Of a stretch of 41,655 nucleotides of DNA, positions 25,239-36,340 are shown piece after piece. The stretch is taken from contig FLMG01003751.1 of assembly GCA_900088475.1 (NCBI GenBank), positions 1 through 41,655 of the forward strand, read 5' to 3'. The position numbers were made by a program, and so were the translations under genes. A model generated the notes under the pieces. That model saw nothing but the letters and a program-made list of their open reading frames with translations. It was not told where the DNA came from and made no database searches. The stretch is from Hyphochytrium catenoides (lineage: Eukaryota > Protista > Hyphochytriomycota). Each line of letters opens with the position of its first letter. Position 1 is the first letter of the stretch.

Positions 25239-28200
25239 ATGAAGGAGCTGCCTGGGCCCTGCAGGCGCTGTGGCGGTAGGGGCCATGGGCTACTAATCCC
25301 TAAGAGTGATGTTTGCGCGCATTGCGCCAGGTAAAAGGCCAGACTATAAGGAGTCGGTGATAATTGAGCTCATCAAGTGTCTACTGCACCGCAGGCAGCT
25401 AAAGCTCTTCTTCAATCCAGACGAAGATGAATACTGCAGGGACCAGGGGTATACAGATATCAGCCCCTATGCAGATGGCAAACTCCTGAAGAAGGTTGGT
25501 GGAGACTTCGTTTTAGAGAGTTACTTTCATTCCAGACATTTCTGGAACTCCATCCTAGCTCGTCTGCCCTTGACTAAGGATCTCTTGCGTTATCTAGGGC
25601 CTTTGCTATCCATCTAGTTGTAGCACTCGCTCTTAACTATCGCCCACTAAGTGGGGCAGGCCCATCTCGCTCGGTACTCATTAACTGCTGCAGGTGATCA
25701 GAGAAGCGTCTCCTGGCATTGACTTGATTACAGAGGGATGTCCTACCTTTGGTAAGTGCAACGGCAGTGACGGTAGTCCTTATAAATCTATCGACGTCTA
25801 ACAGACGCACTTCTGACTCTTTTCTGTGCTGATTCGTATACTTTTGCAATGCAGTCCAGTATGTTGGTCGGCTGACAGATGGTTCCATCTTTGACACCAC
25901 GTAAGCCCAATGAGGGGTTGCACTCACCCTTCAAGCGTTGAGTAAGCTGAGACGCTCACCGCCGTTCTCTTCGATTGCGCCATTGTCCTCTTCCCTTATC
26001 TTCCTAGCCGAGATGTGGTGGATGGGAAGCACGTAGGAGGCACAGATGATGAGTTTGAGTTCCAATTAGGACGAGGTGAGGAGTGCCAACAGCCATCACT
26101 ACGTCATTGGGTTTGCCAGCTTGCGCGCCCTTCGTACTCCCGCTCTCTCTCATGACGCCTGTCGTGCCGCCATATTCTTTCTCTTAGTGTGGGTTCCTCT
26201 TCTCAGTGGGATGCCCGTCGTGCAGTTCCTTATAGGCCGCAACTTGAAGCTGGTATCTAACTAACTCAGGCGTATTCCTCAGGGAAAGTCATCAAAGGTT
26301 TTGACCTAGGCGTGGCTACCATGAAAAGGGTACGACGAGAGACAGTTAGGCTAAAGGCTAAAATCGCAGATCAGGAGTGTCCAGCGTGACAAGAGAGAGA
26401 AATTGTGCGAGTAGCGGCTCACTAGTATTCATATTGTAGGGAGAAGTTGCACGGTTCATTATCCACCCGGAGTATGCCTACGGGAAAGAGGGATTCGCGC
26501 CCAAGGTAAGAATGACGAAGCTCCGGGCCGGCAGGGAGAAAGGAAATACACACCTCAACCGAGAAGAGGAGGAGAGATTGTGAGCATAAGGGAAAAGAGA
26601 GGATATGGGCTGACCAGGAAAAGGGAGCGCTCACATAGGTCTTTGGAGGAAGGAGGGACCTAAAGTTAGGACGGGCGACGAAGGACCATGGCAGATAGCC
26701 GAAGCTCTTCTAGCCGGAAGAAGCGATGCAGAAGTTCAAAGGAGGGATAAAGATCGAAAGAGAGAGAGGACAACAGAATATTGTTCCAGATTATGCGAAA
26801 AGCCATTCAAAGTCGCAATGAAAGGCGGCCTCAAACTATTCTCCTGCCACTGCGTTGCAGGTCTTTCCTGACGCTACGCTGGACTTTGAGATCGAGCTTG
26901 TCTCGTTCAATGTAATCCTCACCCCTCACTAGCTTTTCACTGTCGCTAGCCTGCACTTATGCGGCGGGTTGCCTCTTCTCTCTCGCCTGGCTCTTGTCTC
27001 TAGGACCCTCTACCGCGTTTTCCCTCTAAAGCTGAGATGGAGGAGGCAAAGAAAAAGAGGGAAGCTGAGCTAATGGAGATGGTAGAAAAAGACCCGCCTT
27101 TGCCTATAGGTCAGTTATCCTCCCTCTCGTTGTTCTCATCCCGTGTTAGAAGGGTCCCTAAGAAGAGGATCTCAGAGGAAAGGATTCGAAGGTCGAATGA
27201 AGAGAAGGAGAAGGGAAACCAACTATTTGCACAGGGCAAGCTGGAAGAAGCGAAGAAGCAGTATGATATGGTAGGTTGGCCCAGGCGCTCTCGGCTCTTC
27301 ACCCCTCCTAGCAGGTCGAGGCTTGTTTATCATGTCACTGGCGCCTTCACCTCGTCTTTTACCTTCTCTCGCTCTCCTCCCCTGGTAGTTGGAACGATCT
27401 GCTTTCCCTCGATCTGCCTTTGCCCGTTTGCTGATGCTGACTCGTAGGCGTTTGTGAACATCTTTATTGTGAAAGAAGAGTGGGAGCAAGTGCTGACAGA
27501 GGATGAGAGACAGAAGATCAGTATGCAGAAGGTAACATGGGTGTAGAAGTATGATCTGCTCCTGTTATGAGCTGGCACAAGCAACAGCTTTCTTCCATAT
27601 CAACAGTTTTTCCTCCTTGCTTTCCCTCTCGATCGCTTCTGGTCTGAGTCAACATCTTATTCTGGCGTCCAGGTCCCACTCCATCTTAATCGTGGCCTCG
27701 TCAAGCTTAAACTGGGAAAGGTGGACGATGCTCTGTGGGAGTTTGACCAGGTACCTTGCGTCTCAGAAGCTCGCGCTTCTGCGGGGACCTTCTTCTGTTC
27801 TTCACGACTGTTCAGCCTCATCCTTTATCCTTGAGCATTCGAGGTCATGCGGGTAGGAGAGAGAGAGATTGGTGTATCGTAGGTGTTCTTTGCACTTTCC
27901 TCTCTCTTCTGTTTCCGAGGACCATCTTCTCTCCCTCTCTAAGCCTCTCTATCTCTCGCTTTTCTTCTCTTTTTCACGTGACCCTCATCCTGCGTCAGCA
28001 TCTCTCTCCCTCCCCATTCTCCCGCAGTGCAGTTCTCGGTATTCTCCTGATGATCTTTTGCAGGCATTAAGCATAGATCCTGAAAACGTCAANNNNNNNN
28101 NNNNNNNNNNNNNNNNNNNNNNNNNNNNNNNNNNNNNNNNNNNNNCATTTACAGGCTTGCTAAAGAGAGATCTAGAGAAGGAAGAACTAAAAGAGTACTG

Positions 28201-28651
28201 GGACCCGGAGAAGGCATGGGATAAGGCAAGGAAAGCAGAGGAAGACTTCCTCGAGGCCAAGAAACGCAGCCCAGCGGATAAGCAGGTTATACAAGCACTT
28301 AGGGAACTCAAGCAGTGCGAGGTAACAGAGAATGGAGCGGTTTCTCCTGCTGCTGCCTATTCCTACTCATTCATATCCAGTTTCCCAGCGTTCTCGGGAC
28401 GATCTCTCTGCTACTAAGCAAGGATGTTCTATCTTGCCACCAGTTTCGTGCTTGCCTCCTGACTACTCTACTACTACTCTGCTGCCTCTTAGGTAGCACT
28501 GAAGAAGTGCAACGAACGCTATCGCGAGCAGCAGAAGCATCTATTTAGGGACAAAATGTTTGGCCGATTAGAGTCGAAGCAGCGGAGAGAAGGAGAAAAA
28601 GAGCAAACAGCAGAAGACGCAGATTTTGAAGACATGCCACCGCTGGAATGA
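25239..28651 (+). CDS. FKBP-type peptidyl-prolyl isomerase with TPR domain (FKBP4/5/62-like immunophilin) and N-terminal CxxC-x14-CxxC motif; many exons, one interrupted by an N gap
   Basis: [81 protein letters not shown] (FKBP). KEKGNQLFAQGKLEEAKKQY..HLNRGLVKLKLGK..ALSIDPENVK (TPR). Ends EDMPPLE*. Confidence 0.9.
28093..28144. other. Assembly gap within the TPR-coding region of the FKBP gene (other gaps: 14430-14526, 18760-18792, 41070-41108)
   Basis: Runs of N. Confidence 1.
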
Positions 28652-29001
28652 CTTATATTTGAGCCCCAACCTGCCCTGCTGCTACCATCTCTGTGCGCTA
28701 GATGCCACTCCACCGCTATTAGATACCAGGAGCTGCCCGCTCTCCACTCAGCCTGTTCCGTAGTTCCAGTCCTTACACCAGATATGCCTCTCGCGTTATG
28801 AGGCATAGACTACAGGCTAGTCTAGTATGGCTCTAGTATGGCTCTATAAAGCGCGCCATGACCACCTGCCATATTGACCGTGATCAGGAGCCCAGTTGAC
28901 AGGTTTCAGACACCGTGCGATGAGCTTCATCGCAACCATAGGCACAGTACGACCGCCCGGCAATAGCTGTGCCTGCGCTGTCTTCACATTGATGGTCTGT
29001 C

Positions 29002-30816
29002 CTAACTGTCTAGTAAGTAGTTGGCGGTAAGCGTCTCGTTTCTGCCGCAAGCTCTGTACGCCTCCACCACCAAGTCACGGTCGAAGCCCAAGGCTGTCAG
29101 CTGTCAGAGAAGAGGTTAATCACTAATCTATTGAACACAATCCTCTCCTGTCAAATCTCCTGAAGCCTTTCTAAAACCCTAGTCTCCCCCCGGCATATCC
29201 ACCGAGCCTTCCCTGTCATTGCTCTAGCTCAGTATGTCCCTTGAGTCCGTCTCCATGATGCCAGACAAAGCTGTGCACTCTAATCTGCTGTGGGTCGATC
29301 TCTAGGCTTGGTGAAGCTTCTCTGCACCCTTACTCCCTTTTCGACTTACCCTACTTATTGCTTCCTCATCTTGTGCGGTCAGTGGCGCATCGTCCTGTTC
29401 TCCTCCGCCTGACTCCTGGAAGGCATAGTCCTCGTCATCATCATGCTCGTCGTCTTCCTCGTCCATTCCTTCAAGGTCTTCATCTTCGAGGTCGTCCAAA
29501 ATCATTCCTAAGACCTCCTCGACTGTCGCGCTGCAAAGTCAAGGAAGAATATCAGAGAAACAAACCTAATAAAAAGGCAAGAAGACGAAGATGGACAGCA
29601 GAGAGAGAGAACCGGAACTAACAAAGTCCTGGAAACGGGGTAGAGCTCCATAAAGGAAGACACAGCTGCTCGGAGGGCGAAGAAGTGGAAGACATAATGT
29701 GAGGTTTCTGCTCCTCTTTGCACCTTGGCTGCATGCGGGTGGGTGTGGGCTCATTTAGCAGCCGTACAAAGTCCTCAGAATGCTCATTGATGTACGCTAA
29801 CAGCTCAGGGTTACGTCGGCCGATGATCTCGAGGACATTCTCTAGCAGGGCAGGATTTGCTTGCACAAGGGCTCTTAGCTGCAGAGGGTGGCCGGTTAAG
29901 AATGCCAGAATGTAAGCGATCATATGATACAGAGGCAGGATAGGCCGAGAGAAGCGAGGGAGCAGAGACAGTGAGACATATAAGAGGAAAGAAAGGCAAT
30001 TACAGAGACAGGGATGTCAGCGGCGGAGACTCACTACGTCCCTCTCACTTCCTTGCGCTGACCTGATTGAACTGCGGGTGGCTCCTTAAAAATGTCGGGT
30101 CAAAGTCTGCATCTTGGTGACTGTCATCATAGGTTGCATAGTCGCTGCCAGGCCCCGTGGTTAGGCTTCCATAGGTGGAGCGATCGCTGCGTTGGTCATG
30201 TCCCTCATCCATTAGAAACTCGAGTGCCATTTGCCGATTGTTTCCAGACGCCTCGAGAGCTATTCTGCAGCTTTCTTCACTAAAGCCCATACTTACAAGT
30301 TGCTGCAGCGCGTCCACGTTAGCTTGTGAGGCGGCATTAGCGGCACCAACAGGAGCAGCAGGCGCAGCAGCAGGTGCAGCCGAGGCAGAGGGCAAAGGAG
30401 CTATCGAAGGAATCGCTGAAGCTGCTGGTGATGCCTTAGGCTGATCTTCCGCCTTCGCAGCCTTTGGCTTGAGAGAGAGGAGTGAGATCATGTGCCGAAA
30501 GAAGTGATAAGCAAGAAGGAAGCAGCAGACCTTGATGACCATGCAGACAATGAAGTCTGAGGGCTTGATATTGCATTCTTTGACGGTCACGGTGTCCTCC
30601 AGGATCTTTCCGACATGAATTATCTTTTGCGAGGCCGCAGAGATCTTCTCCTGATCTTCAATGACCTTCTTCAGCTCACTAACCTGCGACGCGGACCACA
30701 TCCTTAGCAGTATCCCTGGTCTACGTAACTCCAGAAATCCTGCTCCTTACCTGCATCTCAGGATCTACGTCTACCGTGAACGCCCTCCCAGAAGTAGTTT
30801 TCACCGTGAGCTTCAT
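29002..30816 (-). CDS. RAD23: UV excision repair / ubiquitin receptor RAD23 (UBL-UBA-XPC-binding-UBA), 6 exons
   Basis: MKLTVKT..QKIIHVGKILED (UBL); LQQLVSMGFSEE (UBA1); FLRSHPQFNQLRALVQANPALL (XPC-binding); [39 protein letters not shown] (UBA2). Confidence 0.95.
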
Positions 30817-32233
30817 GTTGACAGCTGATAGTCCTTGTTAGACGGAGCTCTTTCTTTTTATCAAGCGTCCACGAGGCTCTAGGATAAGAAGAATGGTTTG
30901 ACAATGGGAAAAATGACGAGACTTTGCTGCTGGCTGATCTCTCAGCAAGTCTAGGCACAGAACTGTTCTATCGCAATAATAGCGGCCTGCGAGTCCACAG
31001 CTACGTCGAGGAGACAGTCTGCATCCGCATCATCAGTCTTGCTAGCTTCTCAAGCTCCTTTGCACCCAGCTGGAAGCTCTTGACAGACGCTCCAGAGACG
31101 GTCAAAGCACGACGATCTGCTCCGAATCAGAGAGAACGAGACCAGAGATGATCGTGCAGTCTACATGCCCTGGAGGCTATTTCAGAGCTCCCCCGGTAGA
31201 AAGATTCGTGGAATCTTCATCATTAGAAAGGCAGCAGAGATTGGAGAGAGCTTCACTAGAGCTTCGACAGAGCTCGGAGCTTTTTTTCTCATTGAGAATG
31301 TGCGTCACAGTGGTGCGTGCACATAAGAGGAAGGTCCTCTTCTCCCTATGGAGGCAGATCTGCTCTCTCTTCAGTTGCATAGCTTATTGAGAGAAAAAGA
31401 GAAAGATAGAGTGGACCGTGCTCGGGTGTGGCCGTCGGAATGGTGCTTTTGATTTGTTAGCGACTTAACACTTATGGAGCATGCTGCTCTTTTCTGAGAT
31501 ACTTCCAGCCTAAGAGGACCAACTTTTGAAGGGAAAGATGCTTCTCAGACTTTGTCTCCTCTCAGAGCCGTCAGCCTGCCTATGATTCACCCGATTCACC
31601 GCTTGTTTGCTATGAGTGCTTCCAGTTGGGCATATAAGGGATCTGTACATCTTTCTTATAACTCTAACCATGACCTTGATGGCTTGTGCCGGACGAAGAG
31701 ATGGATTAGAGAGTGAAAAAGGTATTCTTCGTTTGATAGTAGATCATTCACTTGGTCGCTTTGACAGACCTCAGACCAGAGATCGTAGATTTTTCAGAAG
31801 AACATATAATGCTGAAGAGATAGCCAGGAAGATGCATCCAAGAGGACGGAAGGAGAGATGCAGTGACAGCAGATTGACAGCAGGCAGCGCATCAAGGGAG
31901 CCTTGTCAGACAAAATCAGCAGTTTTTTCTCCTGAGAACGGCGCTGCGCTAGAGACTAGTTCTCCATTTATGTTAGGCTTCACTATAAGACGCGACTGCC
32001 TTAGGCCGTCGTCTTCGTAGTCCTTTCCCATCTGGGAATAATAATTAGTTAGATCGCTGAGATTCGGGCAACGTTCCAGCATCCCCACGAGCTGCTTGCA
32101 ACTACCTCTGTATCGCTGACACCAGACTGTTCTGTGCGGTGTCGCCGCTCTCATGCCATGTTTCTCCTGTTTGTCTTGGAGCTTTGGCGAGGTTTTAAGT
32201 TCTCGTTCTGTCTTGCTGAGTAACCAGAGTCTA

Positions 32234-35200
32234 CTACTCCTCGGCAGCTGCGTCTTCTTCTATGCTTTCAGGTCCCTGTCCTCCCTCGCTCTGCTCTCTT
32301 TCTCCTCCTGACTGCAGCTCTGCTGCCTCCTCTCCAACGCGGTCAACGAGGGCTGTAGCATCATGGTCTACTTCTCCAGCACCCCACAAGCCGCTGGGCT
32401 CTTCTTCAGGAGTGGTTGCATCCTGGACTGCCTCTTCAGCATAGTCAACTTCAGCTGGTGCCTCTTGCGCGCTCTCATCTGGCGTATAGTCTACCTCTTC
32501 TACTGCATACTCTTCCCGCATCTCCGGTTCTTCTTCCCCGCTCACAATGTCCTGCTTGTGCTCCAGGCCGTTTCCTTCATCGATGGCTGCAGTGAGCTCG
32601 CCACTGACATCATCGATCGATTGCCGTAGCTCAGCTGGAGAAACAGCGACCTCATGGTGCTGGCGCTCTACGATGGTGACAGCAGTCTCCTTCGCACGCT
32701 TTTCTGCCTTCTTGCTGAACTTCTTGCCTGAAAGCTTCACGCCTGACGTCATGTTGGACATGCTAGGGCTGCCGGAGGAATTAGCAGGGCTAGGGGCTGC
32801 ACCCCAGCCACCTGCGTCAGAAGAAGCAGGAGGCGCACCCCATCCTCCTCCATCCGCAGTGGTAACCTTAGGAGTGCCCCAAGAGCCAGCTTGTTCTTCA
32901 GATGGGGCAGCAGGTGCAGCCTCTCCCCAGCCACTGGAGGGAGCATTTGTGGCTACCCCTTTACTGCTCTTCTTGCTATTTTTCTTGCCTTCGTTTTCGG
33001 TGTCTGCTTCTGGAACTAAGTTGCTCTCTTTCTTTCCTTTCTTTTGCTGTTTCTTTGCCTTGCCTTGCCTCCGGCTGTCATCACCACCCGTCACACTGTT
33101 ACTTGCTTCATCTGAAGTCTTGCCCTCTTCAGGAACGCCCGTCTCCTCGGCCGCTGTGGTTCCTTGACGCCCTGTAGCTCCCCAACCGCCACTGTTGGCT
33201 TCAGGCTCAGGAATTCCCCAGCCTGCATCTTCTTTAGGCTTAGGAGCGTCCCAACCTGCATCTTCTTTGGGCTTAGGAGCCCCCCAGCCTGCATCTTCTT
33301 TGGGCTTAGGAGCTCCCCAGCCTGCATCTTCCTTAGGCTTAGGAGCCCCCCAGCCCGCATCCTCTTTAGGCTTAGGAGTGCCCCAGCCTGCATCTTCCTT
33401 GGGATTTGCTACTCCCCAACCCGCGTCTTCCTTAGGCTTAGCAACACCCCAGCCTGAATCGCTCTTTCCACCTGCGGTCTCTGATATTACAGCTGCTCCA
33501 GATTCACCGTCAGCATCAGGCTTGCTCTTCCCCTTTCCTTTTGGCTTCTTGGGCCCCTCATCCCATCCATTGTCCTCACCCTTAGCTTGCTGCTTTGGTC
33601 CCTTCTTTGATTTACCAGCTGGAGCTGGAGGTTGGGCCCAGCCTGAGTCTTGGGTTGCGGCAGGAACGCCCCAGCCGCTGTCTTTAGCCTGAGGAGCGCC
33701 GTTGTTCCCCCAGCCACTTCCCTCCTGATTGTCGTAGCCGTTCTCACCTCCTTTTCTCTTACTTTTCTTAGTGTTCTTGTCTAATGATTGACTCAGAGAA
33801 GTGCGCTGTTCCGAGGACCACGAGCTGACAGGGTTATTTCAGCGGGAAGTGCAGCGTAGCAAGGAGAAGAGAAGCAAACATGGTCAGTGAATGAGCTAAT
33901 GCAAAAGTTGCGGCTCTGTAGGTGCCATATGGCAGAAGTTTAGCCAGCCCAGCACCTGATTGAGTACTCTGTCTAGGTACCGCAGGCATACAAAATGAAA
34001 TGAAGAATACAGTCGATGGCGGACATTTATAGGTGATCGACAAGGTGGACAGATAGTAGCAAATAGAGAAGGCAAAGCCCAGTGCTGCCTACCTATCTGT
34101 GCTCTTCTTGCCCCAAGAGCCCTGCTGCTTGAGCTTTGCAATGCCGAAGACTTGAGGTTCTTGAGAAGGAGGTGGAAGAGGAGGAGGTGCACTTTTCCCG
34201 GATCGCGGCGTTTCACCCCTATAAGACCCAGGACCTGGCCGTGTGCCGAGTAGCCCTTTCTTCCCTCGTGGAGGCTCATAGTCATAGTCCTCTACTTCCT
34301 CTTCCAGCCCACGAGAGTGTGGCCGCCCAGGGCCTTTCTTCCCCCGACGCGGAGTAGTGTAGTCGTCTACATCTTCGTATCCGGTTCCACCGCGCGGGAA
34401 AGTATGAGAGGCCCCTTTCCTCCCCCTTCCCATAGAGCCTGTACTGTAGCTATCTATTTCTTCATCAATATACGCATCACTGGTTCTTCTGATAGGTCCG
34501 CCCTGTGGACCAGCAGGCTTCTTATTTGAGCTGGAGGCAAGGAGAAAGAGTTAGGTGGTCGCAAGCTATCTATCACTTCCCCATCTTGCTTTCTGACACT
34601 ATATTCTGTTCCTCGACAAGTGCCCCAAAGCATTCCAAAGTTCGCTCTCTCTCTACCACCTTCTCTTCAAGTCAAACATGCACGTGGGCCTCTCAATGAA
34701 ATCAATGCAGCCATACTCCATAGCAACCCTAGAATGCCTGTCTGTCATGGTGTTCCCACCGTCATTGTGACATACAAGGAGCTCCTGGATCCTGCTATGG
34801 CTTCGTACTCATCCACAGCTAAAGCAGGGATGGGCGTAGGAAGTACTGTCACCATCCGTCCTTCCGATTCTTGTGAGACCTGTACTTTGAGGTTGAGGTT
34901 CAGGATATCTCCTAACTCATCATCGCTGGCCCTGAGCGCAAAGGTATTGGATGATAAAGAGAGAAAGAGTGAACACTTAGAGAAAGCATAAAGGAGCCAA
35001 TGCGAAGGTGTAGCAATTAGGTCTAATGAGAACCTAAATAAGCGACAGTGCCAAGGCATGGACACAGATACCAGGGCAGAGAGAGATACATAGTGGTAGG
35101 CAGCGTAGCACGCGGTAGTTAGGGTTCTTACTCGTCATCTAAAAATGGCCGGGCTGAACCGAGAGGTCCTCGATTTCTTGCTAGTTTATGCTTCATCGGG

Positions 35201-35586
35201 GGTGGATGCATGCTCGGCGGGGTTGGCCCTCCATGGGCTTGATCCCCATACTCAGAAGCGTCATAAGGCATCTCACGATAGTCTCCCTGACTTGCGAGCT
35301 GATGGCTTTCATACTGAGTACGATGATGTACTAGAGGATATCTGCCGGGGTACACGGCGGGAGGAGCAGGACTGCCTGGGCCATGAGGAACCCCCAACGA
35401 CTGAGACTGTGGAGGGTGGGCGTACCCCATCGTGTGCCCTTGATAGACGGGATTATATGGAGCACCAGGCTGATAAGAAGAATGAGCCATGCCTGGATAG
35501 ACAGTGCTGGGGTACTCCTCTCTAACATAGCCAGGTGGGACGTACATAGGAGCCTCCGGGGAGAACTCAAACTGGTCCTGCTGCAT
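32234..35586 (-). CDS. Largely disordered GW/WG-repeat protein of about 900 aa with N-terminal PAM2-like motif (candidate Argonaute-hook protein)
   Basis: Exons 35586-35132, 34931-34776, 34728-34660 (possibly optional), 34530-34093 and 33824-32234 join in phase with GT-AG borders (2709 nt). The last exon is a 1.6-kb open frame carrying most of the GWG motifs and an acidic C-terminus. Confidence 0.8.
33197..33460 (-). repeat. Coding tandem repeat, 8 x 33 bp, consensus peptide DAGWGAPKPKE
   Basis: Units DSGWGVAKPKE, DAGWGVANPKE, DAGWGTPKPKE, 3x DAGWGAPKPKE, DAGWDAPKPKE, DAGWGIPEPEA. Many differences between units fall at third codon positions in this frame. Confidence 0.95.
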
Positions 35587-36340
35587 CTTTCTACCCGGTG
35601 CTCTCCTGCCTGCAAGCCGCACCCCGCAGAAATGGCTACAAGGCTGCCACCTGCAAACCCCTATTCGTAGGAGGATTAACGACTTGCAGATACCACTACT
35701 CGAGTGGCGATAGATCCGATGTGTCTCCCACACCAAGCCTTCCTCCCAACGAACTCAATATCAGGGTCATCGGGCTCTTGAAGCCTGACTTCGTCTGCAA
35801 AAATCTTCGTTGAAGTCTCCATCAGATGCTGATCTGTGGCCAGGAAGTCCTCACAGCTGCGTATTACTACCAGCATGTATGGCATAGAGGCGCCTAACAA
35901 CTGGCGGCTGGTCATTATTAATGCACTTTTTGCCGCCATATCTCGCTCGTTCTTATTTGTATATGATAATCAGTTAGGGGTAACTATTAACTCAGTCTCT
36001 GGCTGATCCTGAATCATTCTGCCGTGGTTGGGATTCTGAAGCTCTCCCAATAGCCGCGAAGTTGCGCTGTTATTCCCTTGGCGCCAAAGCTCTGACTGAT
36101 GGCAATGTCAGAGCTTGTGGGCCCTCCTCAGTCTATCTTGAGCCATATCTGTTCTTGGTGTTCGTGCATGTGCCATAGTTTTATTGGTGTCCTAAGTCAG
36201 ACAGTCTGTTCTGTTTGCAGGGACCTCCGTGAGTGATATCATTGTGTTTATGGTTGGATCTCCTGTTTCATTCAACACAACCTTGTCCTGACTCCTTATC
36301 GCGAAGACCTCAAGGCAACTCTACTCCGTTGGCACTTATT

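Noticed and set aside
28822-28846. 11-bp tandem duplication CTAGTATGGCT
   Set aside because: Most likely simple slippage in a 3' intergenic region, with no inserted element between the copies.
30900-32230. ORFs of 67-134 aa between RAD23 and the GW gene
   Set aside because: No recognisable motifs or consistent splice structure; probably UTR or promoter sequence.
33197-33460. CRISPR-like periodic array
   Set aside because: There are no unique spacers or cas genes; it is a contiguous in-frame coding repeat in a eukaryotic exon.
33195-33692. Plus-strand ORF with PQPASSLGLGA repeats and other alternative-frame ORFs
   Set aside because: Antisense or alternative-frame shadows of the GW repeat exon.
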